A DNA stretch of 62,589 nucleotides, from assembly GCA_964499985.1 (NCBI GenBank), contig CAZCMX010000004.1, positions 1-62,589 on the forward strand, written 5' to 3'. The notes under the pieces are model-generated. The model saw only the letters and a list, made by a program, of their open reading frames with translations. It did not search any database and was not told the origin of the DNA. Made by a program: the position numbers and the translations under genes. Source of the DNA: an uncultured Mageeibacillus sp. Its GTDB lineage: Bacteria; Bacillota; Clostridia; Saccharofermentanales; UBA5734. Of this stretch, positions 9,905 to 20,224 are shown piece by piece (the first letter of the stretch is position 1; each line of letters begins with the position of its first letter).

Positions 9905-11292
9905 TGAGGGTTACTCCTTTTTGCAGGAAGCCAGTTGAGGCCGCTGATCAGGCCTTCGGCATCAGCCCGGACCGCATGGACTGGGACAGCCAGCTCATTG
10001 GCCAGGGCTTCGAGGGTGATGTCATCGAGGAAAACAGGGCTGTCTGCCTTGAGCATGCAGGCTGGGATCAAGACCTGGTCGCCTTGCGCCAGCAGCGGCT
10101 TTAATTGGCGGATAATGTCCTGGCCGGTCAGCAGGCCGGCCACCGTGATGGTCTCGCCGAGGAACCGGTTGACGATCGCAGCAGTCTCGATCGGCCGGTC
10201 CAGGGCCTTGCTGAGCAGACGGGCCGCCTGGGCCAGGATCGGCCCTGCCAGCGTTCCAGTCACCAGCCAGATCCGGCCGGCAGCCGTCACCGCAAATTGC
10301 CCGCCCTCAGAATGCAAAGGGGCCTTGGCAGCAATGGCCTGGTGTCCCGCCAGATAGGACTCCAGGGTGGCATTGAACAGGGAAGCCATGCCCACGCCAT
10401 TCTCCAGTTGGGGGAAATCGTCATAATCGTCTGCCGCTGGCAAGGGCCAGCCTGCGCGCAGGTAGAATTCGTCCGAAGCATACAGGATCCGGCTGTCCGC
10501 CTCCTGGAGGAAACGGGTCTGGTAGCGCTGGACCGTTTCGAGCACGGCCTGGCATTCTGCCGCCGTAAAGGGCCGCATCGGCGGCAGATTGTTCTCCTCG
10601 CGGAAGCGGGTGACACCGACCGGCACGATCGCAATGCTCTGGACCGAAGGGCGCAGCGCCGCGAGGTCATGCAAGGTCTTCTCCAGCGCCTCCTGGTCAT
10701 TCCAGCCCGGACAGAGGACAATCTGGGTATTGAGGGCAATCCCGGCGGCAGCGATCCGCTGCAAACGCGGCAAGATCTGGCCGGATTGGGGATTTTTCAT
10801 CATCCGGACCCGCAACTCAGGGTCTGTCGTATGGACCGAAATATTCATGGGCGAAAAGCGATAGGTGATCAGGCGATCCAGTTCCTGGTCCGTGATATTG
10901 GTCAAGGTCACATAGTTGCCGGTCAGAAAGGTCAGGCGCAGATCATCATCTTTGAAATACAAGGTCTTGCGCAGACCCTTCGGCAGCTGGTCGATGAAAC
11001 AGAAGACGCATTTGTTGTGGCAATGGGTGCATTCGTCGAGCAAAGCCTCCTCGAACTCCAGCCCCAGATCCTCATCCTCGTCCTTTTCGATTTCATAGTC
11101 GACCACCGTGCCATCGGCATGTTCGATCCGCAGCGTGAGCGCTTCGGCAAGCTGGCGCAGGCGATAATCAAAGACATCGCGCACCGGCTGCCCATCGATG
11201 TCGACCAGGCGGTCACCGGCTGCAATTTCCAGCTCCGCAGCGATACTGCCCATCTGGCAGCCTTTGATCAGCTGGCCCTTCTTCCTGGGCAT
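9901..11292 (-). CDS. DUF512 / radical-SAM-like protein with N-terminal PDZ-like domain
   Basis: 463 aa with Cys cluster CTHCHNKCVFCF. Sits immediately upstream of der, as is common in Clostridia. GGAAGGGG lies 6 nt upstream. Confidence 0.7.
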   Translation of the reverse strand: MPRKKGQLIKGCQMGSIAAELEIAAGDRLVDIDGQPVRDVFDYRLRQLAEALTLRIEHADGTVVDYEIEKDEDEDLGLEFEEALLDECTHCHNKCVFCFIDQLPKGLRKTLYFKDDDLRLTFLTGNYVTLTNITDQELDRLITYRFSPMNISVHTTDPELRVRMMKNPQSGQILPRLQRIAAAGIALNTQIVLCPGWNDQEALEKTLHDLAALRPSVQSIAIVPVGVTRFREENNLPPMRPFTAAECQAVLETVQRYQTRFLQEADSRILYASDEFYLRAGWPLPAADDYDDFPQLENGVGMASLFNATLESYLAGHQAIAAKAPLHSEGGQFAVTAAGRIWLVTGTLAGPILAQAARLLSKALDRPIETAAIVNRFLGETITVAGLLTGQDIIRQLKPLLAQGDQVLIPACMLKADSPVFLDDITLEALANELAVPVHAVRADAEGLISGLNWLPAKRSNPQ

Positions 11293-11310
11293 GCCTGTCC
11301 CCTTCCATAG

Positions 11311-11345
11311 AAAAAGCAGCGAGTCCGAATGCTCTTCCCCGCTGC
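11311..11345 (-). terminator. intrinsic terminator after rpmF
   Basis: Minus strand: GCAGCG-18 nt-CGCTGC followed by TTTTT. Confidence 0.5.
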
Positions 11346-11397
11346 GTCATCGATCTGTTGCCGTTTCTTTCGCAATGCTACAAGGGTCAAAAGAAGC

Positions 11398-11577
11398 TTA
11401 CTGAGCCACCTTGACGACTTCGCGGCCGCTGTAATAGCCACAAGCCTTGCAGACCTTGTGTGCCATTTTCTTCGTGTGGCACTGCGGGCAATCAACGAGC
11501 CCCGGGACGCTCAGTTTCCAGAGCGAGCGATGCCGGGAAGTTCTAGCCTTGGACCATTTCCGTTTGGGATTCGCCAT
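11398..11577 (-). CDS. rpmF: 50S ribosomal protein L32
   Basis: Not in ORF track (59 aa). Manual translation: MANPKRKWSKARTSRHRSLWKLSVPGLVDCPQCHTKKMAHKVCKACGYYSGREVVKVAQ. GGAGG RBS upstream. Downstream of yceD, as in many bacteria. Confidence 0.9.
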   Translation of the reverse strand: MANPKRKWSKARTSRHRSLWKLSVPGLVDCPQCHTKKMAHKVCKACGYYSGREVVKVAQ

Positions 11578-11617
11578 TCCAATTCACCTCCATGTTGTCC
11601 GCAAGCTTAGCGTCCGG

Positions 11618-12136
11618 CTAATCCTGCAGCAGTTGTTTCAATTGACTGAAGGGTGACTCCTTCTGTGGATGGTCATCCCCGCAGGTGCAGTGTCCAAGGT
11701 TGAGATTCTGGCCGCAGACTGGACACAATCCCCGGCAATCCGGGCTGCAAAGGAGCTTGGGCGGCTCATACAGCAGCACATTGTCATGCAGCGCCTGCCG
11801 GATATCAATCACATGCCCCTCGTACCGATAGCCATCCTCATCGAGGCCGGTATTGGTCAAAACGGAACCTGGCTGGTAAGTCTCGGCAAGATCGGCAGAC
11901 AATTCGCTCGTCACCGGGGCGAGACAGCGGGCACAGGGCTCCGTCAAGGTGGCATGCAGCCGGCCATCCAGGCGATAGCTGCCCTTGCCGGTGTTTTCGA
12001 TCCGGCCAGAGAACGTGACCGCTGAAAATACGGCATCGTCCTGCTGGTCCAAGTCCAGCTCAGCTGAGCCTGGGGCCAGTTCGAGTTCCAGGAAATCACC
12101 CGTACGATGTGAGATCGGCAAGATATCAATCAGCAC
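11618..12136 (-). CDS. yceD: YceD/DUF177 family protein
   Basis: 172 aa; C-terminal CSPDCRGLCPVCGQNLNLGHCTC motif; classic yceD-rpmF pairing. GTG start with GGAGG 6 nt upstream. Confidence 0.8.
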   Translation of the reverse strand: MLIDILPISHRTGDFLELELAPGSAELDLDQQDDAVFSAVTFSGRIENTGKGSYRLDGRLHATLTEPCARCLAPVTSELSADLAETYQPGSVLTNTGLDEDGYRYEGHVIDIRQALHDNVLLYEPPKLLCSPDCRGLCPVCGQNLNLGHCTCGDDHPQKESPFSQLKQLLQD

Positions 12137-12187
12137 AGGACACCTCCAAACACGCGAACAACATTATCACAGACTGGAAGGTTCCTG

Positions 12188-12619
12188 TCAACCTTTCAGA
12201 CGAATTTCCAGATCAAGTTTTTGGGTGGCGGTTTCCTGCTGGTTGAAATCGATGGAATAGCCGAGATGGATCGATCCCCCAGATGGGCTGAGCGTGGCTT
12301 CGGCCTTGCTGGTATAAATGCCGATGGCAATATTGCCATAGGGCGTCTGCAGGTTGGATATGTGGCGGGTGCCTCTGACAAAGACCATTTCCATCGTATG
12401 GCTGCCACTGCGCAGCATGGTGACCGTACCATCCGGGTCGACCCGGATGGTGGTGCGGGTCCCCGCCAGACCGGTTGCTTCACTTTCATCATAAACCACA
12501 TGCCAGCTGTCATTTTTCCTGAACAATTGGCCTTCGGTGGTCAGGCGGATGGTCTGGGGGTCTTCTTCAAAGCCCCTTTGCTGGCCTTCGATGGTGATCA
12601 TGGCGTTGTTCTGGCTCAT
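12188..12619 (-). CDS. DUF1934 (YwiB-like beta-barrel) protein
   Basis: 143 aa. The pattern ...YDESE...T.I.V...V.M.R.G....M.F.....Y.TPYG... resembles DUF1934. Recognised by eye only. Confidence 0.55.
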   Translation of the reverse strand: MSQNNAMITIEGQQRGFEEDPQTIRLTTEGQLFRKNDSWHVVYDESEATGLAGTRTTIRVDPDGTVTMLRSGSHTMEMVFVRGTRHISNLQTPYGNIAIGIYTSKAEATLSPSGGSIHLGYSIDFNQQETATQKLDLEIRLKG

Positions 12620-12631
12620 GCAGGAAATCCC

Positions 12632-13447
12632 TCAATACCGTTCTATATCGATGCAGCCGGCGGCCAGGATGGGGCGGTCCATGAACACACTGCCCAAGTC
12701 CTGGAATTGCCTGGCATCGTCGCTGGTGTAATAGGCATGGCTGGCCGGGACCTGGCTCTGGTTCAGAAGGCCTTGCTGGGCCAGCACTGCTTCGACTTTG
12801 GCGGCAACCTTGCTGCCGGCATTGACCAGGTGGACCGATTCTCCCATGGTCCGGGCAATCACAGGCTGCAGCAAGGGGTAATGTGTGCAGCCCAGGATCA
12901 GGGTATCGATGCCTGCCGCCTGGAGTGGCCGCAGGTATTCCCCCGCGACCGCCAGGCTGACCGGATGGTCCCACCAGCCCTCCTCAGCCAATCCGACGAA
13001 TAAGGGACAGGCTTGCTGGATGATCTGCGGCTGCCGGGTCGAAGCCGCGCGGACAGCCTCGACATAAACCCCACTGTTAACCGTTCCGCGGGTGCCGATG
13101 ATGCCGATTTTCTGGTTTCGAGTGGCTGCCGCACCCGCCTGGGCCCCCGGGGTGATCACCTCGATCACCGGGACCGGTGCAAAGTCACGGACCGCCGCAA
13201 AGGCATGCGAACTGGCTGTATTGCAGGCGATGACGATCATCTTGACCTTCTTTTCGAGCAGAAAGCGGGCAATCTGCAGGGAATATTTGATGATCGTGTC
13301 CTTGGATTTCGTGCCATATGGAGTCCGGCCGGAATCGCCGAAATAGATGGTGTTCTCACCCGGCAGCCGTTCATGGATGGCCTGCAGGACGGTCAGGCCA
13401 CCCAGACCGGAATCGAAGACGCCAATCGGCAGCTGAGCCTCATTCAT
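12632..13447 (-). CDS. murI: glutamate racemase
   Basis: Motifs VFDSGLGGLTVL, IACNTAS, GCTHYP. Start at ATG 13447 (MNEAQLPIGVFDSG), giving an ATGA overlap with the ddl stop. Confidence 0.9.
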   Translation of the reverse strand: MNEAQLPIGVFDSGLGGLTVLQAIHERLPGENTIYFGDSGRTPYGTKSKDTIIKYSLQIARFLLEKKVKMIVIACNTASSHAFAAVRDFAPVPVIEVITPGAQAGAAATRNQKIGIIGTRGTVNSGVYVEAVRAASTRQPQIIQQACPLFVGLAEEGWWDHPVSLAVAGEYLRPLQAAGIDTLILGCTHYPLLQPVIARTMGESVHLVNAGSKVAAKVEAVLAQQGLLNQSQVPASHAYYTSDDARQFQDLGSVFMDRPILAAGCIDIERY

Positions 13448-14541
13448 ACCTGTTCCTGTCGCATTCTGGCTTTCTTTTCCGCCACCGCATACTGGCACAG
13501 TTTCTTGACCAGAGTTTCCAGCGGCATGCCGGATGCGGCAAAGGCCTTGGGGAAGATGCTGATCGGCGTAAAACCAGGCAATGTATTGATCTCATTGATC
13601 ATCAGGCGGCCCGTCTCCCGCTCCAGGAAAAAGTCCACCCGCGACAGGCCCCGGCAGCCCAGCGCTTTGTAAGCCTTGACAGCCAGACGGCGGACCTTTT
13701 GCGCCAGCTCAACCGGCAGCTCGGCAGGCACCAGGACTTCAGCCCCATCGGCCTTGAAATATTTGGCCTCATAATCATAATATTCGACCGATTCGCTGGT
13801 CCGGACTTCGCCGATCACCGCCGTTTTCGGATTCTCATTGCCCATCACAGCGACTTCGATCTCCCGGGCCAGGACAAATTCCTCGACGACCACCTGGCTG
13901 TCATACAAGCTGACCTCCAGCAAGGCCGCAGCCAGCCCGGCCAGGTCATCGGCCCGCCGGGTCCCGACCGAAGACCCCCCATTATTGGGTTTGAGGAAGC
14001 AAGGGAAGCCGATCCTGCCGGCCACAAGGCCAGCCACCTTTTGCGGATTGCGTTGGATCTCTGAGCGGCTGACAGCCATAAAGCGGCATTGCGGGATCCG
14101 GGCCGATTTAAAAACCATCTTGGCATGGAGCTTGTCCATGCCGGCTGCTGAGGCCAGGACACCACAGCCCACATAGGGGATGCCCGTCAGCTCCAGAAGG
14201 CCCTGCAAGGTGCCGTCTTCATTGTTGATCCCGTGGACAGCCGGGAAAATCACATCCGGCAGCTGGCCATGGAACTGGGTGACAAATTCGCGCGGTGAAC
14301 GGACAGGCACCGGAATCTGGCCGGCAGTCTGTTCCCGGGCCAGTTTTTCCCAAGAGCCATCCGGGATGGCTTCATCCGGCCCGGTGAAGGCCAGCCAATC
14401 GCCATTCTGGGCAATGCCGGTGCAAAAGACGGTCAGGCCAGCCCGGCGCAGGCCTCCGATGATGTTATAGGCAGAACGCAGGGAAACCAGATGCTCCGTC
14501 GAAACACCACCAAATAAAACAAGGACTTTTCGAATCGCCAT
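13444..14541 (-). CDS. ddl: D-alanine--D-alanine ligase
   Basis: MAIRKVLVLFGGVSTEHLVSLRS..., ATP-grasp core, EINTLPGFT. Start is uncertain: ATG 14541 is preferred by N-terminal homology, with 14565 and 14580 as alternatives. Confidence 0.85.
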   Translation of the reverse strand: MAIRKVLVLFGGVSTEHLVSLRSAYNIIGGLRRAGLTVFCTGIAQNGDWLAFTGPDEAIPDGSWEKLAREQTAGQIPVPVRSPREFVTQFHGQLPDVIFPAVHGINNEDGTLQGLLELTGIPYVGCGVLASAAGMDKLHAKMVFKSARIPQCRFMAVSRSEIQRNPQKVAGLVAGRIGFPCFLKPNNGGSSVGTRRADDLAGLAAALLEVSLYDSQVVVEEFVLAREIEVAVMGNENPKTAVIGEVRTSESVEYYDYEAKYFKADGAEVLVPAELPVELAQKVRRLAVKAYKALGCRGLSRVDFFLERETGRLMINEINTLPGFTPISIFPKAFAASGMPLETLVKKLCQYAVAEKKARMRQEQV

Positions 14542-14735
14542 AAGCGCAGGATACCTCTCGATCATTGCATCCTGGTCCACTGCAGGCTACAGCAGGCCAA
14601 TATCCGATTTAGTTTAGCCCAGACCCATCGGGTGGTCAAGAAGTGCCCTGTAACCTTGAGCAAGGGATAAATGGATAATATGAGCGCCCGGCGGTATAAT
14701 GAATGTTGAATTTGCATTGCAGGGAGCATCGCACC

Positions 14736-15158
14736 ATGTCTCGTCAGCTTTCACCGGATTCCATCGATCCTTTTATTCTGGCCCATGCGGCCAGGCTGTG
14801 GACGATTGCCAGCATCATGATCGCAGGGACCGGTCTGGTCGCTGTATTGGCTACCGCCTTCATCGCGGGCTGGGCAGTGGCCCTGATGCCCCTCATGATC
14901 TTCCTTCTGGCGGCCGCAGCGGCGTTCTGGCAGCGCAGACGGCTGCTGACCGGCAAAAGTGTGCCAGAAGCGGTCGCGGCTCGCTATCACCGGACCATAC
15001 CCTGTGAAGGGATCCGCTTGTCCATCTGGCTCCTGGCGATCCTGGCGTTTTTATTCTGGGGGCTGTCGGGCGGCTGGTCGCTGGCCTGGCTGGTCTTTCT
15101 GGCGGCAGGCCTGCTCGAATGGCTGCTGGACCATTTCTTTGGCCGGAGATGCACATGA
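14736..15158 (+). CDS. hypothetical small membrane protein (about 4 TM)
   Basis: Hydrophobic 140-aa ORF. GGGAG lies 9 nt before ATG 14736. A TATAAT at 14693-14698 argues against the 14703 start. The stop overlaps the next gene (ATGA). Confidence 0.4.
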   Translation: MSRQLSPDSIDPFILAHAARLWTIASIMIAGTGLVAVLATAFIAGWAVALMPLMIFLLAAAAAFWQRRRLLTGKSVPEAVAARYHRTIPCEGIRLSIWLLAILAFLFWGLSGGWSLAWLVFLAAGLLEWLLDHFFGRRCT

Positions 15159-16177
15159 TTCACCACCAGGTTATCCTGCCAGAAAATCCACCGGCCAGGC
15201 GGCTGATCCCTGCCCTGACCGGGCTGATCCCAGACCTCAAGTCTGGCCAGATCTACAAGGCCCTGCGCCGGCGGGATGTCAAGCTCAATGGCCAGCGGAT
15301 CCAGACGGATCTTGCGGTCAGTCCCGGCGATGTCATCGATCTGTATTTGCCAGATCCGCTGCCCGGGCAAGAGGCTGGCAGCCAGGTCGATCCCGATGGT
15401 CAGCTGGCCCCTGAGCCTGCATTCCAGATCGTCTATCAGGATCCGGTGCTGCTCATCCTCAACAAAAAGGCTGGAATCGCAGTGCATGGCACGGCGCTGG
15501 CCGGGGAAGATCAGGAAGAGACCCTGATTGGCCAAGTCCGGGACCAGCTGGGGGCACCTGATCTGGTTCTTTGCCATCGTCTCGACCGCAATACGGGCGG
15601 CCTGATCATGATTGCGCGAAACAAATCCAGCCAGCAGATGATCATGGCTTTCATGCAGGAGGGCAAGATCATCAAGCGCTATCGCTGCCTGGTCCGCGGC
15701 GAACCACAGGCAGGGCATGAGATCCGGACCATTGACGGACAAAGCTTCAGGCAGATTGAAGCCTATCTGGAAAAAAGGGCCCGCCAGAATGAGGTCTTCA
15801 TTCATGACGAACCCAGGCCGGGAGATGTCCCGGTCATTACCCGCTACAGGATCTTGCACCAATATCCCGGACTGGGTCCGGGCGATGATGGGGTCAGTGA
15901 GCTGGAGGTTGAACTGGTGACCGGCCGCACCCATCAGATCCGGGCCCACCTGGCGCATCTTGGCCATCCTTTGCTGGGGGACGGCAAATATGGCCGCAAT
16001 GCCTATAATCGGCAGTTCCGGGGCCGAACGGGTCCGCTGACCCGGCAGCAGCTTTTTGCCTGCCAATTGATTTTTGCTTCGGAACTGAAGTCAACGCTTC
16101 TGGGACGTCTGGCTGGCAAAACCATCCAAGTCGAACCGGATTACGATCTGGAATTGCCGCAGCCGGCGGGCCACTGA
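15155..16177 (+). CDS. RluA-family pseudouridine synthase with S4-like N-terminus
   Basis: HRLDRNTGGLIMIARN catalytic motif and TGRTHQIRAHL. Start at ATG 15155 (ATGA overlap). Confidence 0.8.
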   Translation: MIHHQVILPENPPARRLIPALTGLIPDLKSGQIYKALRRRDVKLNGQRIQTDLAVSPGDVIDLYLPDPLPGQEAGSQVDPDGQLAPEPAFQIVYQDPVLLILNKKAGIAVHGTALAGEDQEETLIGQVRDQLGAPDLVLCHRLDRNTGGLIMIARNKSSQQMIMAFMQEGKIIKRYRCLVRGEPQAGHEIRTIDGQSFRQIEAYLEKRARQNEVFIHDEPRPGDVPVITRYRILHQYPGLGPGDDGVSELEVELVTGRTHQIRAHLAHLGHPLLGDGKYGRNAYNRQFRGRTGPLTRQQLFACQLIFASELKSTLLGRLAGKTIQVEPDYDLELPQPAGH

Positions 16178-16205
16178 GCCCCAAGTGGCTTGACGCATTG
16201 CAAAC

Positions 16206-16241
16206 GGGCTGACTTTTCAGCCTCAGCTGGAAAGTCAGCCC
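16206..16241. terminator. bidirectional terminator between convergent RluA-family gene and proS
   Basis: GGGCTGACTTT-14 nt-AAAGTCAGCCC, an 11-bp stem. Confidence 0.65.
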
Positions 16242-16281
16242 GATGGATCTCAGACAGATGAGATTTAAGTGTAATGCGTCC

Positions 16282-17718
16282 TCAGTAAGCCTTGCCCCAG
16301 ACCACCAGCTTATCGGCCGGTTTGCCGCAGCACACACAGGTTTCGCCAATGGCTTCATGGCCAAAAGGCAGGCAGCGTGAAGTGGCTGTGGTCTGCTCTT
16401 TGATTTTCAGTTCACAATCGAGATCGCCACACCACATGGCCCGGACAAATCCGGGCTTTTCAGCGATCAGCTGCGTGAAGGTGTCCCAGTCTGCGGCATC
16501 ATAAATGCGGGAGTTGAGGCTTTGTTCGGCCTTGGCATAAAGGCCGGCATGGACTGCGTCGAGCAGCTGCGCCACAGTCTGGTCCAGCTGGTCGAGGGAA
16601 ATAACGGTTTTCTCGCCATTGTCACGCCGGACAGCCACACACTGGTTGTTCTCGAGGTCACGCGGGCCGATTTCAAGGCGCAGGGGCACACCCTTCATCT
16701 CATACTCGGCAAATTTCCAGCCGGGCATTTTGTCGGATTCGTCGAGCTTGACCCGGAACTGTTCCCCGAGGCTGGCCGCAACTTCACGCGCCTTGTCGAG
16801 GACACCGGCCTTGTGGGCAGCGATCGGCACGATGACCACCTGGACCGGGGCGATGCGCGGCGGCAGGACGAGGCCATTATCATCGCCGTGGACCATGATG
16901 ATGGCCCCGATCGAGCGGGTCGACAGGCCCCAGGAGGTCTGGTGGACATAGGACAGCTTATTGTTCTTGTCCGTGAACTGGATACCGAAGGCCTGGGCAA
17001 AGCCATCGCCAAAATAATGGCTGGTGGCGGATTGCAGGGCTTTGCCGTCATGCATCATCGCTTCGACCGTATAGGTGGACACGGCACCGGCAAATTTCTC
17101 CTTGTCGGTCTTCTGGCCGCGGACGACAGGGATCGCCAGGTAGTCCCGGTAGAAGGTGGCATAAGTCTCGAGCATGCGCAGGGTTTCCGCCTGGGCTTCT
17201 TCAGCGGTGGCATGGGCGGTATGGCCTTCCTGCCAGTAGAACTCGGTGGTGCGCAGGAAGGGCCGGGTGGTCTTCTCCCAGCGGACAACCGATACCCATT
17301 GGTTGTAGAGCTTGGGCAGATCACGCCAGGACTGGATCACATTGGCATAATGGTCACAAAACAAGGTCTCGGAAGTCGGCCGGACACAGAGCCGCTCGGT
17401 CAGCTTTTCACTGCCGCCATGGGTCACCCAGGCCACTTCGGGGGCAAAACCTTCGACATGGTCCTTTTCTTTCTGCAGGAGGCTTTCCGGGATGAACATC
17501 GGCATGGCGACATTCTCATGGCCGGTTTTCTTGAACATCCGGTCGAGGTTTTGCATGATATTTTCCCAGATGGCATAGCCATACGGGCGCAGGATCATGC
17601 AGCCCTTGACGGATGAATAGTCAATCAGCTCTGCTTTGAGGACGACATCGGTATACCACTGGGCGAAATCCTGGTCCATCGCGGTGATGGCTTCAACTTG
17701 CTTGTCTTGCTTGGCCAT
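16282..17718 (-). CDS. proS: proline--tRNA ligase (short, archaeal/eukaryote-like type)
   Basis: About 478 aa, beginning [58 protein letters not shown] lies 9 nt before ATG 17718. Confidence 0.9.
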   Translation of the reverse strand: MAKQDKQVEAITAMDQDFAQWYTDVVLKAELIDYSSVKGCMILRPYGYAIWENIMQNLDRMFKKTGHENVAMPMFIPESLLQKEKDHVEGFAPEVAWVTHGGSEKLTERLCVRPTSETLFCDHYANVIQSWRDLPKLYNQWVSVVRWEKTTRPFLRTTEFYWQEGHTAHATAEEAQAETLRMLETYATFYRDYLAIPVVRGQKTDKEKFAGAVSTYTVEAMMHDGKALQSATSHYFGDGFAQAFGIQFTDKNNKLSYVHQTSWGLSTRSIGAIIMVHGDDNGLVLPPRIAPVQVVIVPIAAHKAGVLDKAREVAASLGEQFRVKLDESDKMPGWKFAEYEMKGVPLRLEIGPRDLENNQCVAVRRDNGEKTVISLDQLDQTVAQLLDAVHAGLYAKAEQSLNSRIYDAADWDTFTQLIAEKPGFVRAMWCGDLDCELKIKEQTTATSRCLPFGHEAIGETCVCCGKPADKLVVWGKAY

Positions 17719-17843
17719 GAGGCTCTTCTCCTTTGGGACTGTCAATGGGACGGTCAAATGATGTTGGGGATTGTCAGAGGCTGCCCCGAACCGGTCGGAA
17801 GCAGCCTCAGATGTCAGTCAAATCGCTGGACAGGGCGAAAGCT

Positions 17844-19049
17844 TCAGATCGAGAAGCCGCAGATCCGGGCGGTTTCGCGGGCAATCGCCAGCTCTTCATT
17901 GGTCGGGACAACGAGCACCTTGACCTTGGACTCATCGGTCGAGACGACGGCTTCACGGCCGCGGACCGAGGCATTGCGGTAGGGATCGATCTCGCAGCCC
18001 ATATAGGTCAGGCCTTCGCAGGCGCCCTGGCGAACGTCGGCGGTGTTTTCACCGATGCCGGCGGTAAAGATCACGGCGTCGACGCCACCCATGGCAGCGG
18101 CATACATGCCGATGTATTTGCGGCACTGGTATTTGAAAATATCCAGAGCCAGGCGGGCCCGCTTATTGCCCTCGCCGGCGGCAGCATAGAGGTCGCGGAA
18201 GTCGCTGCTGACCCCGGAAATGCCGAGCACACCGGACTGCTTGTTCATCAGGTTGTCGACGCCCTTGGTATCGAGATTTTCCTTTTCCATCAGGAAGGTC
18301 ACGATCGCCGGGTCGATGTCACCGCTTCTGGTGCCCATGCAGATGCCGGACAGAGGGGTCAGGCCCATGGTGGTGTCGACACATTTGCCCTTCTCGATCG
18401 CAGCGATCGAAGAGCCATTGCCCAGATGGCAGGTGATGATATTGACGGATTCGAAGGGCTTGCCCATCATTTCAGCGGCGCGGCGGGCGACATAGCCATG
18501 GGAGGTGCCGTGGAAGCCGTATTTGCGCACGCCATGCTTCTCATACATTTCATAGGGCAGGGCATACATATAGGCCTTGGCCGGCATGGTCTGGTGGAAG
18601 GCGGTATCGAATACGGCCACCTGCGGCACGCCAGGCATGGCTTCTTCACAGGCCTCGATGCCGGTCATGTTCGGTGGGTTGTGCAGCGGCGCCAGATCGA
18701 AGCAGGAGCGGATCGCCCGTTTGACTTCCGGGGTGATCAGGGCTGAAGAGGCGAATTTCTCACCGCCATGGACGACCCGGTGGCCAACGGCGTCGATTTC
18801 ATCCATGCCCTTGATGATGCCATGCTCCTCGGAGGTCAGGACGGACAGGACGGCCTGGACGGCGACCTTGTGATTGGGCAGGTCCATCGGCAAGGTGACT
18901 GCGTCGCAGCCCTTGCTGGTATGCTTGATCATGGCATGGTCGAGGCCGATGCGCTCGGCGCCGCCCTTGGCCAGGACATCACCATTCTGGGCGTCGAGGA
19001 GCTGGTATTTCAGGGATGAGCTGCCGGCATTGATAACGAGTACATTCAT
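17844..19049 (-). CDS. ackA: acetate kinase
   Basis: [17 protein letters not shown]... with full-length similarity to AckA. Confidence 0.95.
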   Translation of the reverse strand: MNVLVINAGSSSLKYQLLDAQNGDVLAKGGAERIGLDHAMIKHTSKGCDAVTLPMDLPNHKVAVQAVLSVLTSEEHGIIKGMDEIDAVGHRVVHGGEKFASSALITPEVKRAIRSCFDLAPLHNPPNMTGIEACEEAMPGVPQVAVFDTAFHQTMPAKAYMYALPYEMYEKHGVRKYGFHGTSHGYVARRAAEMMGKPFESVNIITCHLGNGSSIAAIEKGKCVDTTMGLTPLSGICMGTRSGDIDPAIVTFLMEKENLDTKGVDNLMNKQSGVLGISGVSSDFRDLYAAAGEGNKRARLALDIFKYQCRKYIGMYAAAMGGVDAVIFTAGIGENTADVRQGACEGLTYMGCEIDPYRNASVRGREAVVSTDESKVKVLVVPTNEELAIARETARICGFSI

Positions 19050-19052
19050 GGT

Positions 19053-20045
19053 TTAAGCCTCCTGGGCCTGGACGGCCGTGATGGCGACGACGCCGACGAT
19101 GTCGTCAGCAGAGCAGCCGCGGGAAAGATCGTTGACGGGACGGGCGATGCCCTGGGTGACCGGGCCATAGGCCTCGGCCTTGGCCAGGCGCTGGACCAGC
19201 TTATAGCCGATATTGCCGGCATTGAGGTCGGGGAAGATCAGGACATTGGCCTTGCCGGCAACCGGGCTCTGCGGGGCCTTGCTCTTGCCGACGGACGGGA
19301 CGATCGCAGCGTCGAGCTGCAATTCGCCATCGAGCGCCAGCTCGGGAGCCTTTTCCTTGGCCAGGCGGGTGGCTTCGACGACCTTGTCGACCAGCGGGGT
19401 CTTGGCCGAGCCATAGGTCGAATAGGACAGCATGCCGACGATCGGTTCCAGGTCCGTCAGCTGACGGAAGGACTTGGCCGAGGACAGGGCAATCTCGGAA
19501 AGCTGGTCGGCGTCCGGGTTTTCCATCAGGCCGGCATCCGAGAACAGGAACAGGCCATCGGCGCCGAATTCACAGTCCGGCACGTCCATGATGAAGAACG
19601 AGGAGACCAGCTTCGTGCCCGGTGCGGTCTTGAGGATCTGCAGGGCCGGGCGCAGGGTATTGGCGGTGGAATTGATCGCGCCGGCAACCATGCCATCGGC
19701 GGCCTGCTGCTTGACCATCATGACGCCGAAGAAAAGCGGATCGAGCATGGTCTTCTGGGCCTGCTCCGGTGTCACGCCCTTGGACTTGCGCATTTCATAG
19801 AAGGCATCGACATAAGCGGCATAATTTTCACTTTTGGCCGGATCGACGATCGTGGCGCCCGTGATATCCCACTGCGGAGCGACGGCTTTGACTTGATCCG
19901 GATCGCCAATCAAGACGATATTTGCGATGCCCTTTTCCAGTATCTTGGCGCAAGCTTCGATGGTCCGTGGATCCGATGCCTCCGGCAATACAATGGTTTT
20001 TTTGTCGCTCCTGGCCTTGTCAAAAATCTTTTCGATAAATCCCAT
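19053..20045 (-). CDS. pta: phosphate acetyltransferase
   Basis: 330-aa Pta-type protein (…GAINSTANTLRPALQILKT…SRGCS…), immediately upstream of ackA. Confidence 0.9.
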   Translation of the reverse strand: MGFIEKIFDKARSDKKTIVLPEASDPRTIEACAKILEKGIANIVLIGDPDQVKAVAPQWDITGATIVDPAKSENYAAYVDAFYEMRKSKGVTPEQAQKTMLDPLFFGVMMVKQQAADGMVAGAINSTANTLRPALQILKTAPGTKLVSSFFIMDVPDCEFGADGLFLFSDAGLMENPDADQLSEIALSSAKSFRQLTDLEPIVGMLSYSTYGSAKTPLVDKVVEATRLAKEKAPELALDGELQLDAAIVPSVGKSKAPQSPVAGKANVLIFPDLNAGNIGYKLVQRLAKAEAYGPVTQGIARPVNDLSRGCSADDIVGVVAITAVQAQEA

Positions 20046-20142
20046 GTTTGATACCCCTTTTTTTACTGGCCGGCCCGAGATGCCTGCGCAGGATTTGCCG
20101 GCACCCTCAAAGGACAGTCTGTTCCTTTTTAGAACACACTAC

Positions 20143-20171
20143 AGTATAGCCGAAAGGCCAGGGGCTGCCAA
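20143..20171 (-). promoter_or_regulatory. putative promoter of pta-ackA
   Basis: Minus strand: TTGGCA (20171-20166), 17 nt, TATACT (20148-20143). Confidence 0.55.
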
Positions 20172-20224
20172 CTGGAAATGCGGCATTCCTGGCGCTTTTT
20201 CGTCAGGAACAGGCAAGGGAATGA

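Noticed and set aside
5471-11310. Chain of long plus-strand ORFs (576, 429, 408 and 401 aa) lying antisense to mltG, typA, der and the DUF512 gene.
   Set aside because: These are shadow ORFs. The minus-strand genes have unmistakable conserved motifs. The antisense translations are low-complexity (rich in G, D, R, A, L, Q), lack RBSs and stay open only because GC-rich codon usage avoids TTA/CTA/TCA on the sense strand.
17777-17808. Hairpin GAGGCTGC-16 nt-GCAGCCTC between ackA and proS as an intrinsic terminator.
   Set aside because: There is no U-tract on either strand. It may be a processing or stability element, or ackA may read through into proS. It is too weak to call a terminator.
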